A DNA stretch of 64,000 nucleotides from Guillardia theta CCMP2712 (GCF_000315625.1 NW_005434672.1:606426-670425); one strand, 5' to 3'. Positions 25,189 to 37,796 are shown, counted from the stretch's first letter. The notes: generated from the letters alone by a model not told the origin. Numbers and translations are program-made.

Positions 25189-25856
25189 GGAACTCCGTCA
25201 ATCGACTTTCGATCCTCCAGCAGAAAATGTGACAGGGTCCACCATCTTCAATCGTGCTCCTCCTGTAACTCAGACAAGTCTCCTGCGGGATATCAAGGGG
25301 TAGAGGCAAGACTAGGTTCGGGAGACGTTCTGTACGGTATCCTCCTCCTGCACGTCGCCATCTCCTTCACCTCCATGCTGCTTCCCCATGCTCCTTCTCC
25401 TTGCCCCCTCCTTCCCCACCCTCGTCCTCTACTGCCCGCCTGCAAGTCCGCCTCGGATGTAACCAAACAGTAGGTGCGGCTGAGTCCGTCCGATCACTCA
25501 CTGAGTGCGGCCGGGCTCGGCAGGACGGGCTAGTTCAACGGACTCGTCAAGTTGGAACTTGACGGCTTTCGAAAAGCTCAGACTCCTGAGCCTGGTCACC
25601 GGGCCGCCGGGGCCAGGTACTACGGTTTAACTTCGGAACGGCTGAAGGCACTCCGTGACTCAGCAGTGTGAACTTGAACTCCCTCCCCTCTGGCCTCAGG
25701 CAGTCACTCTGCGTAACTTTAATGTCTTAAAAGCACTCCATGTAATTATCGTACAAATTCTAATACACAATCACACTCAATTCGTTGTCAAACCGCCGAA
25801 ACGCCAAATATGGCGTTGAAAAGTGATAAGATAGGAAAAGATTTCAAACAAAGAAC

Positions 25857-27299
25857 TTAGTTCAGTAATGAGGCGATCCTGCTCTTGCTGACATTGTCCT
25901 CGGGCATTGTAAGCGAAGATTGAGCCATTCCACAGTGAAGAACTGGCGAGGCCTTGGTTGACAAGACAGGGGTTTGAGGAGCTTGCCTACTGTCGGCGAT
26001 AGCGGCAGATTGACAAGCAACACTGACTGGCTCAGTGGGATTGAAGTTGCTGATTCCGGAACTGATCTGTGCCCTATCGGTGTCAGCTGTGTGAGCAGAA
26101 GATCCAGGAAGTGACTCCCACTCCTTGAGGCCGTAGACGCCCTTGCCCAGGTTCACAATGGCTGCAGTCTTGTTTTCACGGATGGTCTTATTCAAGAAGG
26201 CCTTCATCGACTCTCCTGCAGTTCCCTGAGACCCAGTGAACTTTATGAGGCCCAACTTCAACGCCTGGCGGGTAAGGATGTCGTAGTGCAACGCCTTGCC
26301 TGTCGCTCGCAGCACACGCACAACAGCGTCGAGCCGTGACATGGTCGGAGCATGCCCTCCAGTCATGGAACCACCATACAATGATGAACACGCTGTGATG
26401 TCCTCAGGACTGAGCGGTTCCTCGACTGATCCAGTTGACACAGGAATGTTGCGCTTGGCACGCTTTGGCTCCTTCTTCTCAGCAACATGATCATCAGCTG
26501 TGGTTTGGGCAGACTCAAGTGTCGGGGACTTCCTCTTCTTGCTCGAAGGCTCGCTCGATCTCACCAAGGCTCCCTGCCCCTCGTTTGATTCGCTGCAGCT
26601 CTCATGATTTTGATGATCGTTTTCATCAATCGACGACTCGAACTCTTCTTTGTCCCAAGGCTCCTCTGGCATATCGCAATTGAATCCTTCCAGCATGTTG
26701 CAGAAGAAGCTCTTCGTCTGATCAATTTTGATGCCCGGAGGAACAATCCTCCATTTTCCACAGCTATCGCATCCGACCCACAAGTCATCTTCGCCTTCAC
26801 TGTCGTCACTAAGCTGTGAATTTTCATTTGCCGAACGTGGTCGGAAAGAGCTGCTCTTGGAGTTCCCGTCGTCTGGCAGCTTTGCTCTTCGCATCCTTGC
26901 AGAAACGTTGCTGATATGCTTTAGATCCATGAGGCATTGAGGTTTGCCCAAGGGTACCCATAAGCGAGCAAACCTAGAGAAGAACCAAGGTTTGTACACT
27001 CCCTTGGTCACCACGTCCTTCTTCTGCCATTTGATTGTCTGATCCAGTATTGCACCTCGGCTTCGAGTCGCCTTTTCAAATTTCTTGCGTTTCTCGCTGT
27101 CCTCAGGAGATTGGTTCTCCAAAAGTTCGCTGACAGGCACTGGCTCGACATCATAAACCTCCATCTCGTCAACATGATACTTGCCGATGTCATCGCCGAA
27201 AACTTGTTGTACACTCCGCGAGAATGGATCGGCTTCTTTTCCTTGCAACATGCTTAAAGCATGGATGTCCCTTTTGGAAGTTGGCTCTGAATTCACCAT
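25857..27299 (-). CDS. Chromatin protein with CW-type zinc finger and HARE-HTH domain
   Basis: WVGCDSCGKWR..FFCNM...NCDMPEE (zf-CW); MSRLDAVVRVLRATGKALHYDILTRQALKLGLI..GKGVYGLKEW (HARE-HTH). First ATG at 27299. Confidence 0.88.
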   Translation of the reverse strand: MVNSEPTSKRDIHALSMLQGKEADPFSRSVQQVFGDDIGKYHVDEMEVYDVEPVPVSELLENQSPEDSEKRKKFEKATRSRGAILDQTIKWQKKDVVTKGVYKPWFFSRFARLWVPLGKPQCLMDLKHISNVSARMRRAKLPDDGNSKSSSFRPRSANENSQLSDDSEGEDDLWVGCDSCGKWRIVPPGIKIDQTKSFFCNMLEGFNCDMPEEPWDKEEFESSIDENDHQNHESCSESNEGQGALVRSSEPSSKKRKSPTLESAQTTADDHVAEKKEPKRAKRNIPVSTGSVEEPLSPEDITACSSLYGGSMTGGHAPTMSRLDAVVRVLRATGKALHYDILTRQALKLGLIKFTGSQGTAGESMKAFLNKTIRENKTAAIVNLGKGVYGLKEWESLPGSSAHTADTDRAQISSGISNFNPTEPVSVACQSAAIADSRQAPQTPVLSTKASPVLHCGMAQSSLTMPEDNVSKSRIASLLN

Positions 27300-27829
27300 G
27301 ACAAGGAAACCGCAGAATGTGTGACTACACACAAAGCTGTTCAATTTGATTCACTGCGGATCCCAACTGTGTTTCACTCGTTTCGCTCAGAAAAGGTGTT
27401 ATCTTGAGTCGAGAAGAGATACGAAGCAAATATACTCAAAGATTCTCCTTTTTGGCCGCAATTTTTCCTATGTTTCAAATCTGGTCCAAATTGTAGACCA
27501 TCAAAGAACAGAATATGCTCGAACACCACCAAAGACTGCTCGGTTCAAGCAGTTGATTCTCGGAAGGGAAGTGGACAGCGATCAATTTCTAATCACTTTC
27601 TGAGCCTGATGAAGCCTGGCGGCTTCTGCTTCTGCACTGGCACAAACTATGTTTTCGGGGATCCAACGGCCTCCAGGGTTTGGCAATCGGATTCGCTTCT
27701 TCGAGACCCTCCAACCCCTCAAGTTGGGTAGGCAAGTCGTGAGCAGTCAAGAAGACCTGGGGAGAAGCTCGAGGAGGCGGGAAGGGCAGCGGGAAGGAGG
27801 AAGAAGCAAGACGGGAGTAGAAACAAGGG

Positions 27830-28560
27830 CGGGAGTGCAAAGGGGATAGATGGGATACGGCAAGGGAAGGGATGGGAAGGGTCAAAGGGTGGGGTCATTT
27901 CAAGGCATGTGAACGGGTGGGGTGATTCTTGAATTTGAGAAGCCTCTAGAGAAGGGGTGGTAGGTGAGAACCCTCTGTTCACCCCGTCAATTCTAAGGAT
28001 TTAAGTAGGTAGGGGTAATATGATTACAGGGTAGGGGTGGCGCCACCCCTTGGAATGGGGAGGGGTGTAGCATTGTGCCTCAAAAAAGAACAAAGTACAA
28101 ATTGGGTGTAATGGACATCCTCCAAGGTTTCCGAACATACGAGCAAAATCAAATGTTTTTTTTACCCAGGTGAGACCAAAGGGTTGCAAGGGTACTCCAA
28201 GGCTGGGAGGGTAAGACGATCATTCTGGGGACCTTCGATTTAGGGGTGGCAAGATGCAGGTCAATATGGGGGTACTTCAGAAGGAAACCAGCGGGTGGGG
28301 GTATGAAAAAGTTTTTCACAAGTGGGTGGGGGTGGTACAACTGTGGTTGGGATACAGAAAAAGACCCCGGCCCCGGGAAACGAGTGGGTGGGTAAACCAC
28401 CGGTACTTATGAAAGGGAATAAGGGGGTGATCACCTAGAGGTTTGATACAAGGGTGTGTTGCGGTAGTCAAAGGGTGGGGTAATATCCTCTTTTCTTGGA
28501 AGGTGGGGGTAGTCAGGGTTCCCGAAAGGTGGGTAGGGGTCCTTGACCTCCCAGAATATG
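27830..28560 (+). repeat. G-tract-rich intergenic block
   Basis: Many GGGTGGGG/GGGTAGGG tracts; shares GTGGGTGGGTAAAC with 36627 and GGGGTCATT with other blocks. Confidence 0.55.
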
Positions 28561-29955
28561 GAATTCAAAAACTATTATTTGAGATTGTACCTTGCTAATG
28601 ATATTTAGAGTTTTAAGGTCTAGTTCTACGCTGATATTAGTACCTAATATTGTATAACATATTGTATGTGGTAATCCATTCCCCCAAAATTGTTATTGAT
28701 TCTGTACCAATTCTGAAGAATTCTGTACACTTTCTATACTTGCTATGCTTCACTATTCCTGGTGGTAAAACAGGAGGAATTACGGCCCATTATTGGCCGC
28801 ACTGATGACTAGGGTGCCGCAGTGCCACTGGCTCCGAGTCGGCCGGCCGGGCCCCGGGACTCCGGGAGTCCTGGACTCGCGGTCCGGGCGACTCGGACTC
28901 CGGCGTGACTGGCTCGGACCGTACTCTCAATGAAGGGGCCGGGCTCCGGCCCGGGGGCCCGGAGCCTCCGCGGCGTGGCTGAGCCGCCGCTTCCACCGGC
29001 GGGCGTTGAACCGTTCGGAACCGTAACCGTACGGGTGCCAGTAAGAGCCAGTAAGGGTTCAAACCGCCGGTTGGCAACTTGGCCCCCGGGGGCCGCAAGT
29101 GAAAGTTGCCCGGGGGGGGGCGAACCTTTTACTGACAGTTTTGAGTAAATGTGTTTTGTCAATTATGTAACGGTCGATGATTCTTCAATGACCCCCACCC
29201 CTGAACTTCCATGTCTCTACCCCACCCCTCCGGGGACCACTCCACATCTGTGTCGGGGCCGTTCTAGAGGAACCGGGGTTGAGTCTCATGAAGGCGATGG
29301 AGGGGTAGGGTACCTTTGAGGAATGGCAAGAAGGGGTGGGTATGGAACAGAAAGGTACTCGAGTACGGGTACTTGTATATGATTTTAATAGGCGGAGCGA
29401 TTGAAAGTAGGTGGGGTTGTCGATGTCTTTTGATCGAAGGGGTGGGGTAAACGTAGGGTGGGTGCGAGGATACCAAAAATGTCAGAGGCTATTTAGTATG
29501 GTGATTAGGAGGAAGAAGAAGAGAGGAGAGGGGAGGAGAAGGAGGAGGAGGGCGTGGAACAAAGATATGGTGCTGAGGAATTTGGAGATGATTACTTGAG
29601 ATAAATGATGGACAATTTATAGCTGCCGATGATTTTTCCCTGCGGACAGGACTAGGAGGAAAGGGAATCCGCTCAGTAGCCATAGCAGGCAATGGAGGGA
29701 GGGTTTGCAAAAATGCCTTGAAACGACATGCATGATAGTTTGAGATTCGTTGGTGGTTCGAATTAGGTTGGATGGGAGTCAGTTCCAAACATCTTGGTCA
29801 GGTTTAGCCCCTTTTCATTGCTGCCAAGCGATTGAAGAGTTTGCCTGGCATAAAGCATTGCTTTCACGAGTGCGAATCCCATGAGCTGTCATGACTGGCT
29901 CCTCCAAACGATTATTTGACTGTCCTGTAGCTTCCGACGGATCATCCGCGACGTG

Positions 29956-32900
29956 ATGGATCCCTTCCGTCTCTACGAGAATGCTCGTAAACTCATGTAC
30001 GCGGCGATTGAGAAAGAAGATTCTGAACCCTCTGCGGCGAGACAAGAATACGAGAAAGCATTGCAAGGGTTTGCCACCTTCCTGAATGCTGCAGGGAAGA
30101 GTCGTGGGATGTACCGCGAGCTGGTACCAACGCGCTTGCAACCAACTGGCTCTTTGACTCGCTGGAACAGGAGAAGAAGGCCCACAAGATGCAAGAGACC
30201 TGCCAGAGCAAGATGAACCATCTGCCAGCACAACAGAGAAATGCAAGGCAAGAAGCCAGCAGACCCCCTGCTGGCAGTCAGCACAACATCGACAAAGCAA
30301 GAACAGCGGGAGCTGTGATGGAGAGTGACTCACGACAGCAGAGAAAGACCGGTGAGCATCCTTTGAGGTTTGAGAGGTGGAGGGTGATCAGAGTCGTAGA
30401 TCCCGTGCACGGCATGAGGGTGCCCTCTCCGTCCCCACTCGTGGGGGGGCAGGGCAGCCGGCGGCAGCCATCACCTGCCCGCAGTCTCCAGGGTGACAAC
30501 CAGATGAAGCCGATGCGGTCCCCTTCGCCACTAGGCTACCGTCCTGCTTCCCCGCTGGAACAGAGCAGAAGGGCTCCATCGCCGAGCCAGTCGATGCAGA
30601 GGAAGCATCAAGCGCCCCCGAGATCGGTCACTCCCAACTTGTCGAGACCTCGCGCGCCCTCTCCTTCCCTCAGGGTTTCTGATGCTTCCAACATGACGTC
30701 AGACTCGCGGACTAGTCGTGGCCGGAGGAGATTCGTGCCGGACTCGGACTCGGACTCGGACTCAAGCGACTACAACCGACTGAGAAACAAAACTCCCAAT
30801 GACCCCAGGGCACGGCAGGCAGCGTCTATGACAAGCGGCGGTCGACACAGTCATGTCGAAAAAATTTCAGACTCACATAGCCAGAGGCCGAAACCCAGCA
30901 GCGCGAGAAAAAGCTTCAGCTCAAGCCTGATTGACAAGAGGAAAACCATGAGATTGGATTCTGATTCTGATGAAGATGATGCAAACATCCCATCGTGGGA
31001 TCGGCGAACAATCAACACTGCTGACCTTCAATCCTCGAAATCGAAAGCAAAAGATTCCAAGAAGTTTGAGGGCAACACAGCACGACCTTTGGCATCTGCG
31101 CCTAAGATTGATCTTGAAAACGGCGAGATACGAGACAACGGGTATACTCTGAAAGCAGATTTCTTTACCGCACACCGCTCGGGTGAAGTTTCCAAGTCCA
31201 TCATGGAGAAGCTGCATGATGTGGAAACAGTGGCATCCAAGGTCTCTGCTTCCATAGTCGATCCGAGTTGGCCCATTCGATCAGGAAAGAATTCGTCATC
31301 GGGAGTGCCGTCGATACACAGCTCGCTTGACCTCGGAGGCGGGTCGAGGAGTAGGAGAGAAGCGAAGGATTTGGTAGTTAAGCAGGGAAGCAGCGAGGCC
31401 GGCGTTTACAGCTCGATATCAGAAGCGATCGCGGAGGCGACTCATGGATCGGTGATCGAAGTGCACTCGGGGGAGTACAACGAGAAGCTGTTGATCGACA
31501 AGTCCCTGCAGATCCGCGGGGTGGGAGATGGAATCGTTTTGTGCAACATGAGTGGTGAAACCATTATCGCATGTGCATCCCCGACGGTGACTGTGTCGGG
31601 CTTGAGAATACTGCAGACTGGTGGAGATGGGTCCAAGCGCGGCAGGAACAGCGCAAGATGCGTTGAAGTGTTTCAAGGAGACCTCACGCTGGAACGCTGC
31701 TCCGTCCAAAGCCAGGCAGGAAGCGGCGTGATCGTTGCTGACTCGGGAGTGGCGACTCTACGGGAGTGTACTTTCCGTGGATGCGGGAAATGCGGCTTGC
31801 TGGTCTTTGACGGGGGGAGCTTGAATTGCAGCGACAGTGTGGTGTCAGGCAACGGGCTTTATGGCATGGTCGTACAGAACGGCGGGTCATCCGTGGTGGA
31901 GGGAAATCGATTCGGAGGCAACAAGCATGCCGGCATCCTCGTCCATGGGAAAAACTCAGTCTGCTCGATCCGCGCCAACGATATCTCGACTAACGGGGAG
32001 ATGGGAGTCGGCGTGCAGAGTGGAGCCGAGGTTCGATTAGAGAGGAATCGGATCACAGGTAACATGCATGCCGGCCTCTTCGTGGATGGAGAGGGAAGCA
32101 AAGCATCTGTCAAGGACAGCGAGCTGCAGGAGAATGGCGTGCGAGGCATCGGAGTTCAGAGTGGAGCTGAAGTGCACGTGCAGGGGAGCAGAGTTAGCAA
32201 CAACACGCAGGAAGGGCTCTTCGTGTCCGGTACAAGGTCCCGAGCGACCATGCAAGACAACGACTTGATGAGCAACGGAACCAAAGGGGTGGGGGTTCAG
32301 AGCTCGGCGAACGCGGTCTTGATCTCCAACCGCATCGTCAAGAACCTGGAGGAAGGAGTGTTCGTCTCGGACGGCGGCTCGCAAGCGACAATCAGAGACT
32401 GCAACATCATAGAGAACGGCATGAAGGGGGTGGGAGTGCAGTCTAGCGGCCAGGCAGACATCGACGGGAATTTGATCCACAAGAACCACAGGGAAGGAGT
32501 TTATGTGTCGGGCGAGGGCTCGCGGGCCCTGGTGCAGAACAACGACATCACCGACAACGGAGTGAAGGGGGTGGGCATACAGGACGGTGCTGACGTGGCG
32601 GTGGAAGGAAATCGGATCACAGGGAACCAGTACGTGGGTGTGCACGTGTACGGAAACCGCTCGCGTGGGATCGTGCGAGAGAATGACATCCGAGACAACA
32701 GCCTCGCCGCGGTGGTGACGGAGAACGGAGGTATCGTTCAGTCGGCCGACAACCGCATCGATGGCGTGCACGAGAGCGAGCTGGCGATCCCCTCGACGGA
32801 TGAGAAGAACGAGGTCTTGAACCTCGCGGACAAGGAGATGTCCTTCCGTGGTCGCGAGCTAGACGTCTCCGTGCACCAGGGCAACCGCATGCTCTCCAAC

Positions 32901-33427
32901 TCACAGTCGCCTCCCGAAGCCTCTCGCTCTTTGCCCTCCAACGGCCTGCCTGACATGCAGAGCAAGTTTCCTGCTGCTCGCTTGAGCGACTCGCATGGCG
33001 TCGCTACTCGGCTGAGTGGGAGAGAAGATGCTTCGCCCCCCAAGCAGCAGGTCATTGCCCCTGCCACCTCCAGCTGGAGTCTGACTGGTCTTGAGCAGAT
33101 CAAAGCTTCTGGCGACGCTCATGGAGAGTTTGTGACGCGTCAGAACTGCCACATCGGCGAGACCTTGTGGGTCCTCGGAGACGCAGCGGAGGTGAAGAAG
33201 TTGACGGACTCGTCGGTTGGCATCTCGTGGAATGAGGACATGGCCGAGTGCTGCGGTTGCCAAGGAGAAGTTGTCGCCATTCTCGATGACTATGCGGGAA
33301 TAAGGTGAGAAGAAAGAGGAGGGCGGCTGCTCGTGCGTGCTGGCTCTTCTTACGCAGGCGCAGGTTCGAAGCTTGGGTCTCATGGTGTTTTGTATATTCC
33401 GCACTGAGAAGGAGGAAGGAGGCTTGA
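29956..33427 (+). CDS. MIT-like + low-complexity + parallel beta-helix (PbH1/NosD-like) + MIB-type SH3-repeat protein
   Basis: N-terminus ARKLMYAAIEKED..ARQEYEKALQGF (MIT-like); YSSISEAIAEA..VIEVHSGEYNEKLLIDKSL followed by many N..N...G..V repeats; C-terminus GETLWVLGDAAEVKKL..WNEDMAECCGCQGEVVAI..WCFVYSAL. Introns at 30124-30170 and about 33306-33357. Confidence 0.8.
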
Positions 33428-33480
33428 GGGGTTTGGGTTGTCAAGTAAGGGTTGAGCTCCTTTAATTACAAACTCGCTTA

Positions 33481-36468
33481 TCAGAACGCCATCGCCTCGT
33501 CGCTGTCAATCACTTCCTCCTCATCCTCTGTGTCTGGGCCCTTGTACGTCGCGAGGAGCTGAAACGTTCCGCCGCTGAGGAAGGAAACAATCTACAGTGA
33601 AATCAGATCTTGTTGAGAGAAGCGGGAAAGCAAAGGAAGTAGAATTCAGAGTATTTTGCATATTGAATGGGCCGGGGGGGAGGGGGGGGATGGAATGGAT
33701 CGTGGATAGTCGGGGCTTCGCTACCTTGACAAGGTGGGTGCCGGATCGCAGCACGGCCTCGTTACAGACTCGCTTAGCCGCATGTCGTCCGTCATTGTGG
33801 ATGAAGCTCCTCCCATCGAGTTCCATGACTGACCTGCCGGGGCTGTCAACACCCTCCCTCACTTGCCTTAGTCGCTCTCCCCTCTGCTCCGCTCCACTCC
33901 ACACCCGCTTCCCTCCCCTCTCCTCAGATTCCCCAAGTTGCTCCTCTCTTCCCATCCTTACCCGTCCTTCGATGTCAGGCAGAGGCTGTAGGCGCCAGGA
34001 CGGCCAACCTCCATCCTTCCGAAAGCCTCTAGCACGAACTCGCTCTGGGGCAGAGCCGGAAGATCCTGCAGCACATGAGGGCAAGCAACTCCTCTCCTCC
34101 TCCTCCTCCTCCTCCTCCTCCTCCTCCTCCTCCTCCCCTCCTCCCCCCCCCCCTCCCCCTCCTCCTCACCTCCACCAAGCCTTGAGTGCCCTTGAAGTCG
34201 ATGCTGTGGACTACAGCTTCCCCCACCAGCTCCAGTCCAGCTGTCGAGCTGGGCACCTGCAGCAGTTGGCTGGCAGGCCGTCAAGGGGCTGGAGGGGGCT
34301 GGAGGAGGGGCTGACCTGCTACGGTACGCGCGGATGAGCCACTGCGATGGGCGAGGAAGCTGAGGGGCCCGAGGAGCGACGCTGTTGAGATCGGCCGGCA
34401 GGCCTCCCGTGTCCGGGCCCTCATAGGAGAGGCGGAAGATTGGCTCACCCTCGTGCTTGAAGCCGTCCACGTGCACCTGACGATGAGGTGAGAGGAGGGG
34501 AGGAGGACCGAGAGAAGTAGTCACATCGTGGAGGCCGCGGGCAAGCGTGAGGGATCGGCAAGTCTTGGTGGGCGATTGAACGCGGTCGTCATGAATGAGC
34601 AGCTCAGAGTCGATGTAGAGCAGCGAACTGTAGGAAGAGAGGGCAGGACGTCAGAGGAAGTGAGATGGACGAGAAGGAGCTGCGGAGGGCTGGGCACTCA
34701 CCCGTCACTGGAGAGGGAACAAAACTTGTACTGGCCGCTCTTGTAGATCGAGAATCTCCCGAAAGCCTGCCATGCGACGTTGCGTGTGGGAGGGTCGGGG
34801 ATGAACTGACGAGCGAGGTCAGGAGATGCGAGCCGCTAGCGAGTTCCTACCTGTGCCATGCTGTTCGCCTCCTCGTCGAACGAGAGGGAAGGCACGATGG
34901 AGTGCCCGAGCAACGAGACATCGCGCAGGTCAGGAAACTTATCAAGGTCCTTGTTGGAAGCGAAGACTCTGAGGAGGAATCTCGAGTGAGGGGGGGGAGG
35001 AGGCCCCCGCGAGTCAACGCTTCTGACGCTCTCCTCCTCATAGTCTGTGTCGCGTCCCCTGAGAAAGATCAGATCATCGTTCAAGCTCTTCTTCCTCCAA
35101 CCTGTAGGTCAAGACGACACCTCCCTCTCCATCCCCGTGAACCCCGTCGACCATCACAGCATGCAACCCCTGCTCCAGCTCAACGTCCCCGCAGGACTTC
35201 TCGTCCGCCTGCTTGTTCTCGACGAGGAGCTCGAAGTCGACGAACACGCGAGACAAGAGGTCGGAGGTCGAGCAGAAGGTGTACTTGCCCGCCTGCTCAA
35301 CCTTCACGTGGCCGCTGAAGCGATAAACGAAGTCGGAGCTCGGCGTGTCCTCCACGAACTTGCGGAACTTCGAAACGTCTGACATATCAACGAATCTCAC
35401 GATCGCGCTGCCAACGAATTGCAGAGAAGCAAGGTTCGGAACAGATGAGCCCAACCGCTCCCCTTCCCTTGCCGCGAAGATCTGCATGCTCCATCCCCCC
35501 CCGGACGAGGTACCTGGAACTCCAGGCTCCCCATCAGCGCCTTCAAGGCCTCGCTCCCCTTGCTCCCCTTGCTCCCCTTGCTCCCCATCTTTCCCGTCGT
35601 GTCCTGGCGTGCCATCCCTGCAAATCATGTTGAGGAGAAGACCTGGAAGAGGAAGGGGAGGTGATTGGAACGGGAGGTGGGGGAAGAGGAGGAGGAGGAT
35701 TCACCTGCCATCCTTTCCTGGTGTGCCAGGCGTACCGGGTGGTCCAGGTGGCCCTTGATCCGCCTTCACTGTCGCGACCTCCTCCGACATGCTCGCTATC
35801 GTGTGCTCGAGCCATTTCAGCCTCTGGTCCAGCTCTCCTTCTGTCACCAAGTCCTTGCGAGGCGCTTGTGGCTTCCCAGGCTCCATCTTACCGAACCCCA
35901 GCATGTTCACCTCGCGCTTGAACGTGGGCACGGGGGCAGCCGGGGAAGGAGGGCAGTGTGGACAAGGCGCACAGCCAGGCTTAGATGGTTGGCAGGGAGG
36001 AGAGTTATCCTCTGCCTCCACCGTCATCCTGAACTCCTTGAGCGCCTGCTTCAGCTTACTCCACCGCTTCGAGCTTTCTTGCTCATCACCCCCCGCCTCC
36101 TTCGCTCCGTCAGCAATACTCTTGCGCATGCTCTGCGCTATGTACTCCACTGGTGCTGTGAGCAGTGAGAGCTTCGAGGTCCGAGTCTCGCGCGAGCGAG
36201 TCAGCAAGATCGTAGCAGAGGGCTGAGTAACATGGATGATTAGCGCCATCGCTCCTGCTACGAGCAGCAACACGCCGAGCCTGCTCCTGATACCTCCTGC
36301 TTCCCTCCCGCGTCGCCCGAAGCTCCCCAAGGCCCTTTCATACCCGTCGTCGAAGTCTCTCCTCCTCTGAGCTCCTCCGTCTTCGTCTCCCTCTCCTTCT
36401 CCTTCTGCTCCTCCCCTCCCCCTTCTTGTCTCCCTGCGCCCTCCCTCCTCGCTCTCGTCGCTCAGCAT
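33481..36468 (-). CDS. Type II membrane protein: TM + coiled coil + collagen (Gly-X-Y)18 + three PA14-like domains
   Basis: TM LGVLLLVAGAMALIIHV; 18 consecutive GXY triplets across one intron; three repeats with F.G.....AGKYTFCSTSD..RVFVD..GLH.V / SGQYKFCSLSSDGSLLYID / PGAYSLCLTSKDGSVMELDG and Y.GPDT-type ends. Confidence 0.8.
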
Positions 36469-36619
36469 CGCGACCCTTGGAGGTAGAGTCGGGCCAGCCC
36501 CACAAACCTGACTGCTGAGGCGAGTCAGGCAGTTTTCAGTGACTAAGTGTCCGGGCCCGGAAATTCAATCCCGGACTCGGAGATACCAAAGTTGACCAAT
36601 AATTTCACTTGCGGCCTAT

Positions 36620-37580
36620 CGCTGGGGTGGGTGGGTAAACTTTTAGCACGCTTCTTATCCACAAGGGGGCATGGAACAAGGGGGTAGGGTACAGGATGTC
36701 ACAGGGTTTCTAGGTAGGGTGGGGTCAGGGGGACTTCAGTTTAGATGGAAGGTGGGGGGGGGTAAGAGGGTAAAATACAGGCGAGGCAATATCTAAATTC
36801 CAGTATGGTGTGAGGTGCGATGTTTCAGAGTGTTAGCAAAGCACAGCGGGTAGGGGTACAAGAGAATTCGGGGTAGCAGTACAAGGGATATAGGGGGTGG
36901 GGTAGTTGATGGGGTTTTGTCGGGATCCGGCAGGGCCCCGACCAGATCTCCCCAATGTGAGGACCCCACCCCGAAGATTTGCTACCCACCCCTCATTGAC
37001 TTGAACAGTAAGAGGCACTACCCCATGGGGCGCTAGACACCCCAGGACAGGGGATCCGTACCCTATCCTGCTACTGTTTTCATACCCGTCCTTAATCAGT
37101 ACCCCACCCTACTTCGTTTCAGCGCTTGTCTCGTCACCCCGACTTTTGCACACTGACCCTCTTCATAGAGCACGTGCGATAACCCCACCCCTTCGGGCAC
37201 ACCTACCCCTGATCCCAAATGTCAAGGATGCCCGTCTCGGAACACTACCCCCAAATTAAATATGAAAATGACCCCTAGTCAGACTACTGAGTCCGAAAGG
37301 GGGTGGTGATTTTATTGATTGTAGAGGCACTCCTGTAAAATATTATTAAAGTGGTTTCAGGGTGGGGGGTGGGGGTGGGGGGTGTTCATAGTCAGGGTTG
37401 CGAATGGGATAGGGTGGGTGGGGTGATCGCTACCAGGTGGTTTTACCCGGAATTGGCCACAGGGGTAGTAGATCTCTTTGTCAAATGTATAGACAGAAGG
37501 GGTGGGTATGGCTGATTGTGAGGGGGTAGTGGGATGATATCATTCTTCCATGTGTGGGGTGGGTACTGTAGGAGGGCCTA
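36620..37580. repeat. G-tract-rich intergenic block with strand switches
   Basis: G-rich, then C-rich (about 36930-37290), then G-rich again; recurrent TACCCCACCC/GGGTGGGGTA. Confidence 0.55.
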
Positions 37581-37630
37581 TTAATGGTTATAAACAGGGA
37601 GATGCTGGTGAAGCCGTACGAAACTGACTA

Positions 37631-37738
37631 GAGCGAGAGCGAGAGCAGGAGCAGGAGCAGGAGCGAGAGCAAGAGCAAGAGCAAGAGCAAGAGCAAGAGC
37701 AAGAGCAAGAGCAAAAGCAGGGGCAAGAGCAGGAGCGA

Positions 37739-37792
<54 letters not shown>

Positions 37793-37796
37793 CAGG
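37631..37796 (+). repeat. (GAGCAG/GAGCAA)n hexamer microsatellite
   Basis: Tandem hexamer run about 95 bp upstream of the ATG at 37891. Confidence 0.92.
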
